DNA of 64,000 bases from Berkelbacteria bacterium GW2011_GWE1_39_12 (GCA_001029735.1 CP011213.1:720298-784297), one strand, 5' to 3'. Positions 17,660 to 26,826 are shown, counted from the stretch's first letter. Numbers and translations are program-made. Notes: generated from the letters alone by a model not told the origin.

Positions 17660-17688
17660 TTGAAAAGGATTGACAAAGGTGATATAAT
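17660..17688 (+). promoter_or_regulatory. Sigma70-type promoter upstream of uvrA
   Basis: TTGAAA-17 bp-TATAAT. Confidence 0.65.
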
Positions 17689-17811
17689 CAATCAAGTAAA
17701 AACGCCAGATAGCTGATTGATGCGGAAATTTGGGCAAAGCCCAAATTATACTATTTCAAGTTAATGCATATTTTTTACTCAACAAATATAATTATTAAAG
17801 GGTCATGCTAA

Positions 17812-20640
17812 ATGGATAATAAAAACGAAATTCGAATCAGTGGTGCGAGAGCCCACAATCTAAAAAATATCAATGTCTCGATTCCTCGAGATCAATTGGT
17901 TGTTATTACTGGTCTTTCCGGCTCGGGTAAATCGACCTTGGCTTTTGATACCTTATACATGGAAGGCCAACGCCGTTATGTTGAGTCATTGTCTTCTTAT
18001 GCCAGACAGTTTTTAGGTAATTTAGAAAAACCAGACGTCGATCTGATCGAAAATCTCTCCCCGGCTATTTCTATTGATCAAAGATCAGCATCGCAAAATC
18101 CACGTTCTACGGTTGGGACTATTACTGAAATTTATGACTATTTAAGAATATTATTTGCCAGAATCGGCCATCCTCATTGTCCGACCTGTGCCAAAGAACT
18201 CGTTCGTCAGACTCCTGAAGAAATAATCCAATCAATTATGAAGGATTTCTCCCAAGTTAAAAGCAATATTTTAATCTTAGCGCCTGTTGTTAAAAAACAG
18301 GCCGGTGAGCATAAATATATATTAAACAAACTTCGTAGTGCCAAAGTTGAAAAAGTGGTTATCGACGGCATAATGATGGATTTAGTCGAAGCTTTGCTGT
18401 TAACCTTGGAAAAAAGTAAATTACACACGATTGAAGCTGTTGTTGGTCAATTCGTTTTTGATGGCAAAGAAACCGAAGAACCAGCCAAAATTGATAAAGC
18501 AATTTCAAGGGCTTTGGAAATGGGCGCAGGTAATATTGCAATCAAAGATTTAATTTCTGATGTAACTAAAAAATATTCACAGCTTTTCACTTGTACTACT
18601 TGCGGCATGGTTCTAGAGGAACTACACCCAAGAATCTTCTCTTTTAATAGTCCTTATGGCGCCTGCCCAGTTTGCCAAGGTTTAGGTATTAAATTAGAAG
18701 TTGATCCGGAATTAGTCTGGCCGAACCCAAGATTAACTTTGGCAGAAGGTGCCATTCGTCCTTGGGCCAGAATTACTTCTCGCGCTAATTGGTATACCAA
18801 ATCATTACAAGAAATTGCTGCTAAATATAAATTTTCACTCGACACTCCTGTTGGCGAGCTTCCGGCTAAAATTAAGCATCTTATTCTTTATGGTGATAAA
18901 AATACGGCCGTTCCGCCAACTGGCGGATTTGAAGGTGTCATTCCTAACTTAGAACGTCGCTACGACGAAACTGACTCTCCTTATTTAAAAAGTGAAATCG
19001 AAAAATACATGGTGGAAAAAATCTGTCCCTCCTGTAAAGGTCAAAGATTGCGTGCTGAAGTATTAAATATTACAGTTGACGACAAGAACATTGTTGATGT
19101 CACCAGTATGAACATCGGTAAACTTTTGGAATATTTCAAAGGGTTGCCTGAAAGCAAAAAATTACGTGATTTCGAAAAGCTAGTGGCCGGCCAAATTATT
19201 AAAGAAGTCAACGAGCGTTTATCATATTTGTCAGATGTCGGCTTAGGCTACTTAACCCTAGATCGCAGCGCCTCAACGCTCGCTGGCGGAGAAGCACAGC
19301 GTATTCGTTTAGCTACTCAGCTTGGCACTGGTCTTATGGGTGTGATTTATGTTTTGGACGAACCATCAATTGGTCTTCATCCGCGTGACCATGATAAATT
19401 ATTAAAAACTATTCGTATCTTGAAAGACCTTGGCAATACGGTTGTCGTTGTTGAACACGATCAACCAACTATTGAAGCCGCCGATTGGATTATTGATATG
19501 GGTCCAGGCGCGGGCGACCGCGGTGGTTATGTTACTGCCGAAGGCACTCTAGAGCAAATCAAAAAAGATCCGAATTCCTTGACGGGTCAGTATCTTTCAG
19601 GCAAAAAGAAAATCGAAGTGCCGAAAAAAAGACGACCTCAAACAGAAGAAAAACTTTCTATCAAAGGCGCTGCCGAATTTAATCTTAAAAATGTTGATGT
19701 AGAAATTCCATTGAACAACTTTGTTTGCGTCACCGGTGTTTCCGGTTCAGGAAAATCAACTCTTATTCTGGAAATTCTTTCCAAAGCCTTAACTAAACAT
19801 TTTCATCATGCCAAAGAGGATCCAGGCAAACATAAATCCATTGCCGGTTTGAAGTATTTAGATAAAGTCATTTCTGTTGATCAGTCACCAATTGGTCGCA
19901 CACCGCGATCTAATCCGGCAACTTACACTAATCTATTCACGCCAATCCGTGAGCTTTTTGCTGGCACACCAGAAGCGATTGCCAGAAAATATGATCCAGC
20001 CAAATTCTCCTTTAACTTAAAGGGTGGCAGATGTGAGACTTGTCGCGGCGATGGCGCTTTAAAAATCGAAATGCACTTTTTGCCAGACATTTATGTGACT
20101 TGTCCGGAATGTAAGGGTAAACGATATAACAAAGAAATTTTGGAAATTTTATGGAAAGATAAAACCATTTCTGACGTTTTGGAAATGTCAGTTGAAGAAG
20201 CCTTGATTTTCTTTGCTGGCGAAGCACAGATTATGGATAAACTAAAAGTCCTTGATGCTGTTGGCTTGGGCTATATGCATTTAGGTCAGCCGGCTACCAC
20301 GCTTTCAGGTGGAGAAGCGCAACGCATTAAGCTTGCCACTGAGCTCTCCCGACATGACACTGGACGTACATTATATATATTAGACGAGCCAACTACTGGT
20401 CTTCATTTTGAGGACACAAAAAGGTTATTAGCGGTCTTACAGGCACTTGTTGATAAAGGCAATACTGTTTTGGTTATAGAACATAACGTCGATGTGATGA
20501 AGTCAGCCGACTACATTATTGACATGGGTCCAGAAGGTGGCGATGAAGGTGGGCATCTAGTCGCCGCTGGTACACCGGAAGAAGTTGCCAAAGTCAAAGA
20601 AAGCTATACGGGCAAATATCTCAAAGAGGTTTTGAAATAA
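17812..20640 (+). CDS. uvrA: Excinuclease ABC subunit A
   Basis: 'GAR.HNLKN', two Walker A motifs (GLSGSGKS, GVSGSGKS), 'EGQRRYVESLSSYARQFL', Zn-binding modules, 'LSGGEAQRIKLA'. Confidence 0.99.
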   Translation: MDNKNEIRISGARAHNLKNINVSIPRDQLVVITGLSGSGKSTLAFDTLYMEGQRRYVESLSSYARQFLGNLEKPDVDLIENLSPAISIDQRSASQNPRSTVGTITEIYDYLRILFARIGHPHCPTCAKELVRQTPEEIIQSIMKDFSQVKSNILILAPVVKKQAGEHKYILNKLRSAKVEKVVIDGIMMDLVEALLLTLEKSKLHTIEAVVGQFVFDGKETEEPAKIDKAISRALEMGAGNIAIKDLISDVTKKYSQLFTCTTCGMVLEELHPRIFSFNSPYGACPVCQGLGIKLEVDPELVWPNPRLTLAEGAIRPWARITSRANWYTKSLQEIAAKYKFSLDTPVGELPAKIKHLILYGDKNTAVPPTGGFEGVIPNLERRYDETDSPYLKSEIEKYMVEKICPSCKGQRLRAEVLNITVDDKNIVDVTSMNIGKLLEYFKGLPESKKLRDFEKLVAGQIIKEVNERLSYLSDVGLGYLTLDRSASTLAGGEAQRIRLATQLGTGLMGVIYVLDEPSIGLHPRDHDKLLKTIRILKDLGNTVVVVEHDQPTIEAADWIIDMGPGAGDRGGYVTAEGTLEQIKKDPNSLTGQYLSGKKKIEVPKKRRPQTEEKLSIKGAAEFNLKNVDVEIPLNNFVCVTGVSGSGKSTLILEILSKALTKHFHHAKEDPGKHKSIAGLKYLDKVISVDQSPIGRTPRSNPATYTNLFTPIRELFAGTPEAIARKYDPAKFSFNLKGGRCETCRGDGALKIEMHFLPDIYVTCPECKGKRYNKEILEILWKDKTISDVLEMSVEEALIFFAGEAQIMDKLKVLDAVGLGYMHLGQPATTLSGGEAQRIKLATELSRHDTGRTLYILDEPTTGLHFEDTKRLLAVLQALVDKGNTVLVIEHNVDVMKSADYIIDMGPEGGDEGGHLVAAGTPEEVAKVKESYTGKYLKEVLK

Positions 20641-20644
20641 GATA

Positions 20645-20932
20645 TTGGAAGGGGTGATTACGATCGAGAAACCAGATGAAAGGAATTCTGATCTAACCAA
20701 TGTTGAGTTGGCAGATCTTATCGAAGATGGCTTGGAAAGACGGTTCATTATAGCAAAAGAATATGAAGTTGTAGGTGATGACGAGCCGAATTATCGATCA
20801 ATGCTCGAGCTTGCGGTGACACGGCTGCGCGATCAATCTACAACTGATCCATCACATGTGCGCAACCTTGTCAGACGAGAAACAAATGGATCGGCAAGAA
20901 CCAGAGTCGTGCGCTCAATAGAGGGTCTATGA
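20645..20932 (+). CDS. Hypothetical protein
   Basis: 95 aa ORF followed by a hairpin terminator at about 20939-20966. Confidence 0.5.
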   Translation: MEGVITIEKPDERNSDLTNVELADLIEDGLERRFIIAKEYEVVGDDEPNYRSMLELAVTRLRDQSTTDPSHVRNLVRRETNGSARTRVVRSIEGL

Positions 20933-20996
20933 TATTCTAAGCGGTTTGCACAGCAGATCGCTTTTTAAAATCAGATAAGATAAAATATAAACAATT

Positions 20997-21521
20997 ATGA
21001 AACTACTTAAAACAATCTCAAATAAAGATTTTGATTTGCCTGTGGTAAAAGAAGAAGGGCGCATGCCTCGAATTCGGGAAGCTGCCCGGGCGGTTTTGAT
21101 GGATAACGATTACAAAATCGCTTTGCTTTTTGTCTCCAAAAAAGATTACCACAAACTGCCAGGTGGGGGACTGGAAGAAGACGAAAATATTTCTCAAGCA
21201 CTCGAACGAGAAATTTTGGAAGAAACTGGTTGCAAAGCAGAAGTTATGACCGAAATTGGTGAAGTCGAAGAGAATCGAGAAAATTTTTTATTAAATCAAA
21301 AGTCATATTGTTTTTCTGCAAAACTTATCGGGGAAAAAGGAGAGCCGGATTTTACAGATAGTGAAAAAGACGAGGGATTTATACTCAAATGGGTGAGTGT
21401 AGAAGAAGCGATAAAGCTAATACATGAAGATAAGCCTAGTGATTATCAAGGCCGTTTTATACAAGTTCGAGATTTAACTCTTCTTAAAGAATTTCAAAGA
21501 CAAATTGAACTCAACGGCTAA
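20997..21521 (+). CDS. NUDIX hydrolase
   Basis: Nudix box 'LPGGGLEEDE....AL.REILEETG'. Confidence 0.9.
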   Translation: MKLLKTISNKDFDLPVVKEEGRMPRIREAARAVLMDNDYKIALLFVSKKDYHKLPGGGLEEDENISQALEREILEETGCKAEVMTEIGEVEENRENFLLNQKSYCFSAKLIGEKGEPDFTDSEKDEGFILKWVSVEEAIKLIHEDKPSDYQGRFIQVRDLTLLKEFQRQIELNG

Positions 21522-21629
21522 ATAAAATGGCCGCGATTTTCAGGGTGGTTGTTTTTTGGTATGAATTATTATACATTGCGGATGCCGGCATAAACCTGTC
21601 GGTGGGATCTTGCGATGTGAGGTGAAGTG

Positions 21630-21902
21630 ATGGTAGTTGGGTATTTACTAAACAGCAGTTCGACAGCAGAAACGAAGGAGTTTCAGGATCACGCAATCAA
21701 TATCGTTCAGCTTGCGCCCGAGCTCGAAGGGAAAGTTTTTCATTACGGGCACGGAACAGTCCGTGGTCTTATGATCCGTGCTGAAAATTGCGCTGAGGTG
21801 CAGCGGATCGCCGAAGTGATTATGAGCACGATACCGTTTCCCAGGCGTCTCGCTGGCGACTATGGTCTCAGTTTCGAATTCAGCACCAGTAATGTATCTT
21901 GA
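21630..21902 (+). CDS. Hypothetical protein
   Basis: GAGGTG RBS; terminator AACCGTGA-gaaa-TCGCGGTT+T at about 21920-21942. Confidence 0.5.
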   Translation: MVVGYLLNSSSTAETKEFQDHAINIVQLAPELEGKVFHYGHGTVRGLMIRAENCAEVQRIAEVIMSTIPFPRRLAGDYGLSFEFSTSNVS

Positions 21903-21999
21903 TACTGGGGAAAACCATCAACCGTGAGAAATCGCGGTTTTTTAATTTTGTCAAAAATTCCGCGCATCGTTTTTAAAGAACAATGATATAATCTAATCT

Positions 22000-22644
22000 A
22001 TGAAAGCAAAGCTAAAACTAATAAAGCGTTTGCATATTCCAAAAACTAACTATGAAGAATATTTCAAAGAACAAGGGTTTGAAGTTGTTTGTGGTGTGGA
22101 TGAAGTTGGTCGAGGGGCTTGGGCTGGACCATTAGTTGCCGGGGCCGTGATTTTAGACAAGAAGCTGTATGGTCTTAGAGACTCCAAACTACTTTCGGCC
22201 GAAGAGCGGGAGAAACTCTCGAAGAAAATAAGGAGAAACTGCACTTGGGGGATTGGCGAAGTAAGCGTTCAAGAGCTCGAAGAATTAAAGATGACTAAAG
22301 CGACGCAACTTGCTTTTAAGCGGGCGATAGAAGCGTTAGAAACACAAGTTGATTATGTTTTAATCGATGGCACTATTTCCCTAAATCCCCTACTTTACCC
22401 TGAGCGAAGTCGAATGGGCTGCCGCGCCTTAATAAAAGGGGATATGAACTGTTCTAGCATTGCCGCTGCTTCGATAATCGCCAAAGTTTATCGTGATAAT
22501 TTAATGGACGAATTAGATAGAAAACTCACAGGTTACCATTTTGCCAAGCACAAAGGTTATGGCACTAAATTGCATCAAATCGCTCTCAAAAATTTGGGTC
22601 CCAGTATTGCTCACCGAAAGTTTTTCAATCAGTTAATGGATTGA
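22000..22644 (+). CDS. rnhB: Ribonuclease HII
   Basis: 'GVDEVGRG..AGP', 'DSK', 'LIDG', 'KGD....SIAAASIIAKV.RD', 'HKGYGT..H'. Confidence 0.97.
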   Translation: MKAKLKLIKRLHIPKTNYEEYFKEQGFEVVCGVDEVGRGAWAGPLVAGAVILDKKLYGLRDSKLLSAEEREKLSKKIRRNCTWGIGEVSVQELEELKMTKATQLAFKRAIEALETQVDYVLIDGTISLNPLLYPERSRMGCRALIKGDMNCSSIAAASIIAKVYRDNLMDELDRKLTGYHFAKHKGYGTKLHQIALKNLGPSIAHRKFFNQLMD

Positions 22645-22669
22645 CAAAACCATAATTTTCGCGTAGAAT
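22641..22669 (+). promoter_or_regulatory. Promoter of rnpB
   Basis: TTGACA-17 bp-TAGAAT ending 7 bp before the P1 helix. Confidence 0.75.
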
Positions 22670-22675
22670 AGAGCT

Positions 22676-23012
22676 GCCTTAAGTAATTGAGACAGTTACC
22701 CCGCACCCTTTAGGTCGGGGAGGAAAGTCCAGGCACTATAGAGCATTGTATCCCGCCAAATGGCGGGACCGGGTGACCGAGGGAAAGTACAACAGAAACA
22801 TACCGCTAACCGCCGCAAGGTAGGAGTAAGGTTGAAATCGTGAGGTAAGAGCTCACGCGTGTCCATGGTAACATGGTGCGGTGGAAACCCTACATGGTGC
22901 AAGTCCGGTGGGCCTCAACTATCATCATAGTTTGCTCGACTAGGTGGCCTGAGGTCCGGACGCTTAGATAGATGCTGTCAAAACAGAACCTGGCTTATCG
23001 ATTACTTAGGGC
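22676..23012 (+). ncRNA. rnpB: RNase P RNA (bacterial class A-like)
   Basis: Conserved GAGGAAAGTCC, ACAGAAA, GGTAAGAGC, GGAAACCC and AAACAGAACCTGGCTTAT blocks; ends pair as P1 (GCCTTAAGTAATTGA/TCGATTACTTAGGGC). Confidence 0.96.
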
Positions 23013-23159
23013 TTTTTTTGTACCAAAAAAATATTATTTAGTAATTTTTCATAAAGATTACGTCGTAAATTATGTCTATTATAAATGCGAGGGCGGAATG
23101 ATTAAGCTTGTCTGAGTCAAAAGGTTTAATCATGAAGAATCTAAAATAGAAAGGGCCAA

Positions 23160-23558
23160 ATGAAGGGATTTGTAACTGATATCGAAAAGCAAACTTTGGA
23201 AAATGATAATTTTCGTAAAGTTCTTTACACATCCGAACATAATCAGTTGGTGCTGATGAGCCTTCTTCCGAAGGAAGAAATTGGCTTGGAAACACACGCT
23301 GATAATGATCAGTTCTTTCGTTTTGAAAAGGGCGAGGGGAAATGTCTAATCGACGGGAATGAATGCGAGCTAAAGGATGGTGTGGCAGTAATAGTTCCGG
23401 CTGGAGCTGAACATAATATTATCAACACCTCAGAGACCGAACCACTTAAGCTTTACACTCTTTATTCACCTCCGCATCACAAAGATGGGCTGGTAAGAAA
23501 AACTAAAGAAGAAGCGGAAGCTGATTCACCGGAATTTGACGGTGAGACGACAGAATAG
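23160..23558 (+). CDS. Cupin domain protein
   Basis: 'N.NFRKVLYT..H.QLVLMSL...EEIG.E.H...DQFFR', 'VPAG..HN', 'LYTLYSPP.H'. Confidence 0.9.
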   Translation: MKGFVTDIEKQTLENDNFRKVLYTSEHNQLVLMSLLPKEEIGLETHADNDQFFRFEKGEGKCLIDGNECELKDGVAVIVPAGAEHNIINTSETEPLKLYTLYSPPHHKDGLVRKTKEEAEADSPEFDGETTE

Positions 23559-23610
23559 CGAAAATCTCTTGTTTGTTAAGCGATATTATGTTTTACCACA
23601 CCGCTACTCC

Positions 23611-23985
23611 CTATATTAAGAGCTTCTTAATTGCCTCGATAATCAACTCTTCAGGAATAACTTCATAGCTTCTGTCATTTAGTTCGATTGTCCGACAATT
23701 AGTACTCTTGCCAGCAAGACAAGAACAGGAATGACAATGGTTTTCTGAAGTTGTCGCATTCAGAATTTCTTCTAAAGATAAATTATTAATTAAGACTGTA
23801 TTTGATTCCGGCATTCTATCTGCTTCCAATTTTGTCTCAAAATAATCAATCTGAAGATCTTTTAATTCTGGACTATTTGAAATTGTTTTTATAGCGGATT
23901 TAATATTGTCGCCAGTATTGTTACATCTTGTACAAGTTTCACCTTCTTTGTCGTAATGTAGCCATTCAATTGTAATCTTTTTCAT
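23611..23985 (-). CDS. DUF2703 domain protein
   Basis: 'I.IEW......ETC.RC..TG', 'ESN...IN...LE..L', 'C.SC', 'CR'; typical ars-operon neighbour. Confidence 0.75.
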   Translation of the reverse strand: MKKITIEWLHYDKEGETCTRCNNTGDNIKSAIKTISNSPELKDLQIDYFETKLEADRMPESNTVLINNLSLEEILNATTSENHCHSCSCLAGKSTNCRTIELNDRSYEVIPEELIIEAIKKLLI

Positions 23986-23992
23986 ACAACTC

Positions 23993-24961
23993 CTATCTTA
24001 AAATTAAGTTAAATAAATAGCCCGTAAATATAATTCCAAGTCCTACTATAACCGCAAAGATTAAGATCAGTTTTGTTTTCATAACCTTCTTAAGAATCAT
24101 AAACTCAGGTAAGGATAATCCAGTAACAGCCATCATAAAGGCGAGTGATGTACCGATTGCCACACCTTTCTCCGTAAGTGCGCTAATTAACGGAATTACG
24201 CCAGCTGCATTGGAATATAACGGAATACCTACAAGCGTAGCCAAAGGAACCGCATACCATTTATTGCTTCCTGCGTAACGTGCTAGAAAGTCGGTTGGAA
24301 CGTAGCCGTGAATAAAAGCACCAATACCAATACCAATCAAGACAAAAGGGTAAACTTTTCTAATTATATCGAGTGTATAGGATTTGGCATACTGGACGCG
24401 ATCTTTAAGAGTTTGCTCTTTTTCATTCAACTCAGAGCTAACTTTATGTTTGTAAACAAACTCTTCAACTAAATTTTCCACCTTTAGTTTGCCGATAATT
24501 AGGCCTGAGACAATGGCGATCAAAAGACCGCTTGCTATATAGATTAGAGCGATTTTTAAGCCAAACATGCCTGCAAGCAAGACTAAAGCAACCTCGTTTA
24601 TCATCGGTGAGGCGACAAGGAAAGAGAAGGTTACTCCAAGCGGAATACCTGCTTCGACAAATCCCAGAAATAACGGAATTGCGCTGCAAGTACAGAATGG
24701 GGTTACTATACCCAGTAAAGAAGCTAGGACATTCCCGGTATACTGATGTTTTCGAGATAAGATGTTTCTTATTCGTTCTGGTGATAAATAGGTTCTTATA
24801 AAACTAACAATGAAGATGATTACTACCAATAAAATTAGAATTTTTATTGTATCAAAGATGAAAAAGTTTACCGCTTCAGCAAGAATAGTGTTGTGAGCAA
24901 TTGAAAACACACTGTAAGTTAACCAATCAGATAATAATTTTACAGGAAGCCAGATATTCAT
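23993..24961 (-). CDS. ArsP/DUF318 family permease
   Basis: 'FF.FDT.KI', 'TPFCTCS.IPLF', 'SP..NE', 'GIPLY.NAAG', 'LSLPE'. Confidence 0.9.
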   Translation of the reverse strand: MNIWLPVKLLSDWLTYSVFSIAHNTILAEAVNFFIFDTIKILILLVVIIFIVSFIRTYLSPERIRNILSRKHQYTGNVLASLLGIVTPFCTCSAIPLFLGFVEAGIPLGVTFSFLVASPMINEVALVLLAGMFGLKIALIYIASGLLIAIVSGLIIGKLKVENLVEEFVYKHKVSSELNEKEQTLKDRVQYAKSYTLDIIRKVYPFVLIGIGIGAFIHGYVPTDFLARYAGSNKWYAVPLATLVGIPLYSNAAGVIPLISALTEKGVAIGTSLAFMMAVTGLSLPEFMILKKVMKTKLILIFAVIVGLGIIFTGYLFNLILR

Positions 24962-24976
24962 CTGTATATCCTTTCT

Positions 24977-25270
24977 TTAGCATTTACCGCCACAAGAGCA
25001 ACAACCACTGCTTTTAGATTCGGTATTATCAGAGTTTTCACCGCTAATCATTTCCTTGATTTTTTCAACAGTCGGTACTGTGCCAGCCGACGCAACTTTA
25101 CCTTCAATAATTAGTGCGGGACTGGACATAATACCTGCTTCAGCTATTTTCTGAATATCTGTAACATATTCGACCTCTGTATCCATATTCAATTCTTTAA
25201 CCGCCTTTAGTACTTGCTCATGAAGTTGTTTACAAGACCCGCAACCAGGTCCTAAAACTTGAATTTTCAT
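24977..25270 (-). CDS. Small redox-active disulfide protein (MTH895/thioredoxin-like)
   Basis: 'MKIQVLG.GC..C..L', 'G.MS.PAL.I.G.V..G.VP'; Cys-rich tail CCSCGGKC. Confidence 0.88.
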   Translation of the reverse strand: MKIQVLGPGCGSCKQLHEQVLKAVKELNMDTEVEYVTDIQKIAEAGIMSSPALIIEGKVASAGTVPTVEKIKEMISGENSDNTESKSSGCCSCGGKC

Positions 25271-25575
25271 TTGGTTCCTCCTAAAATCTTATTTAATAAA
25301 TTGTAATGCTCGTTTATTTCCTGATTATTGAGAGAATAATATACATTTAGTCCTTCTTTACGAGATTCAATCAAATTAAAATCCCTAAGCACTTTGAGAT
25401 GATGGGAAGCCAAGTTTTGTGGTATTTTTAATTCACTCCAGATTTCACAAACACATCTTTCCTTTTCTTTCAAAATACAAAGAATCCTAAGGCGATTCTC
25501 TTCCGAAATTGTTCTTAAGAAATCAGCTGTAAATGCAATTTCTTGGCAATAATTTTCATTTTGACAACAATCCAT
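25267..25575 (-). CDS. arsR: ArsR/SmtB family transcriptional repressor
   Basis: 'RLRIL..L...E.CVCEI...L...Q...SHHL..L', 'R.EG...YY.L'. Confidence 0.92.
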   Translation of the reverse strand: MDCCQNENYCQEIAFTADFLRTISEENRLRILCILKEKERCVCEIWSELKIPQNLASHHLKVLRDFNLIESRKEGLNVYYSLNNQEINEHYNLLNKILGGTK

Positions 25576-25586
25576 AGCACCTCATT

Positions 25587-25608
25587 TATATCAACGCTCA
25601 TTGATATA
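25587..25608. promoter_or_regulatory. Putative ArsR operator
   Basis: Perfect inverted repeat TATATCAA-N6-TTGATATA overlapping the -10 of a minus-strand TTGACA-17-TACTAT promoter. Confidence 0.8.
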
Positions 25609-25636
25609 GTAATAAATAATCATATTTTTGTCAAAT

Positions 25637-25756
25637 AAAAACAGCCTAAATCATCTTTTGGATAACTTAAACTGTAATATCGGCTTCGCCGGTTGGCTCC
25701 GCTTGCATCCGCTCAAACAAAAAACGAGCACGAAGTGCTCATCTTTTGTTTGGCTC
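25637..25756. repeat. Direct repeat copy 1 (120 bp) of the tRNA-Gln 3' end and trailer
   Basis: Identical to 26554-26667 except for 6 extra bp (GCTTCG). Confidence 0.95.
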
Positions 25757-25894
25757 AACACTGTAAACAGCGTTAGAATAATTTTCCAGAATGAACAGAG
25801 TTATATTTATATTCCTGATTTGTTTAATTTATCAAATGAATATTTGTAAATAAAAAGCCCCAATACATATCAATGTAAGGGGGCATAGTTGTAT

Positions 25895-26431
25895 TTATAA
25901 AAGACAAGTTATTTGCGGAGCTCCTACGAATGCTCTTTGTCCCAACCAATCAAAAAAACCATATCCAAGGAATAATCCGTTGCCGAACCACTTTTCGTCC
26001 AAGAGACCGAGACTTACTGGTTGAGGATCACCCTCGGGATTTGCCATAAAATCGTCATTATTCTGGCCTAATGCAGTAACCCACAAAATTCCAATGCCTT
26101 CAAGCTCTTTAATAATCTCCTTATCTTGTAGTGCTACAAGCTCAACTGGCACACTGTACCCAATGTTCCTCTCGGTAAGTCGTTCGCGACTTTTGTTGCA
26201 CATTATCCCCACCGAACCTTGCCACAATATCGGCGGCCAGAGGATAGGGATATCGACACCTTCAATAATGCCGGATTTTCCAATATTCCACTTCTCTGCT
26301 GGAAAATCATAAACAAGACCCTGCTTGTTCTCACTCGATAGCCACTTAAGGTTGGGTGGCGGCTCATCATAGTTAATAGTTAGGTTGTGGACGACAACGA
26401 TACCATTTTTCAAAGTTTCAACTCTAGACAT
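25895..26431 (-). CDS. Hypothetical protein enclosed by the direct repeats
   Basis: 178 aa ORF, G-rich RBS, hairpin at about 25853-25885. Confidence 0.6.
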   Translation of the reverse strand: MSRVETLKNGIVVVHNLTINYDEPPPNLKWLSSENKQGLVYDFPAEKWNIGKSGIIEGVDIPILWPPILWQGSVGIMCNKSRERLTERNIGYSVPVELVALQDKEIIKELEGIGILWVTALGQNNDDFMANPEGDPQPVSLGLLDEKWFGNGLFLGYGFFDWLGQRAFVGAPQITCLL

Positions 26432-26553
26432 TTTACTGCCCCCCCTACGTATAAACTCCGCAGATATTTCACGACAAGACCTAATAAAATATAGTACACT
26501 TATTTACCCAAAAGTTCAAGGTTTGTTTAGTTAAACGTAAAACTTGCAACAAA

Positions 26554-26667
26554 AAAAACAGCCTAAATCATCTTTTGGATAACTTAAACTGTAATATCGC
26601 CGGTTGGCTCCGCTTGCATCCGCTCAAACAAAAAACGAGCACGAAGTGCTCATCTTTTGTTTGGCTC
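26554..26667. repeat. Direct repeat copy 2 (114 bp), overlapping the tRNA-Gln 3' end
   Basis: Ends in TGGCTC, the reverse complement of the tRNA 3' GAGCCA. Confidence 0.95.
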
Positions 26668-26735
26668 CCGGGCAGGGATTCGAACCCCGACTAACAGGAC
26701 CAAAACCTGCCGTCCTGCCATTAGACGACCCGGGA
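26662..26735 (-). tRNA. tRNA-Gln(TTG)
   Basis: Reverse complement TCCCGGG...GCAGG-TTTTGGT-CCTGT...CGGGG-TTCGAAT-CCCTG-CCCGGGA-GCCA. Confidence 0.95.
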
Positions 26736-26826
26736 ATAACTATTTACTTAATAAAATATAACATTTTTATCCCTAATTTTCAAGAGAGTTAATTTGACAA
26801 ATTATTTCATTGTTCTATGATTATAT

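Noticed and set aside
21953-21964. AAAAATTCCGCG matching the tail of the RBS element
   Set aside because: No adjoining hairpin, and it is antisense to rnhB; cannot be distinguished from chance or decay.
22751-22768. TCCCGCCA-aa-TGGCGGGA palindrome similar to the one in uvrA
   Set aside because: Occupies the position of the native P8 helix of RNase P RNA, so no insertion is needed to explain it.
22696-22902. 68-aa minus-strand ORF
   Set aside because: Lies antisense within the RNase P RNA gene.
25628-25849. 73-aa ORF across repeat copy 1
   Set aside because: TTG start without RBS, mostly made of the non-coding repeat; kept only as a possible recombinase-tail remnant.
26604-26792. 62-aa ORF containing 'GQGFEPRLTGPKP'
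   Set aside because: Antisense translation of tRNA-Gln.
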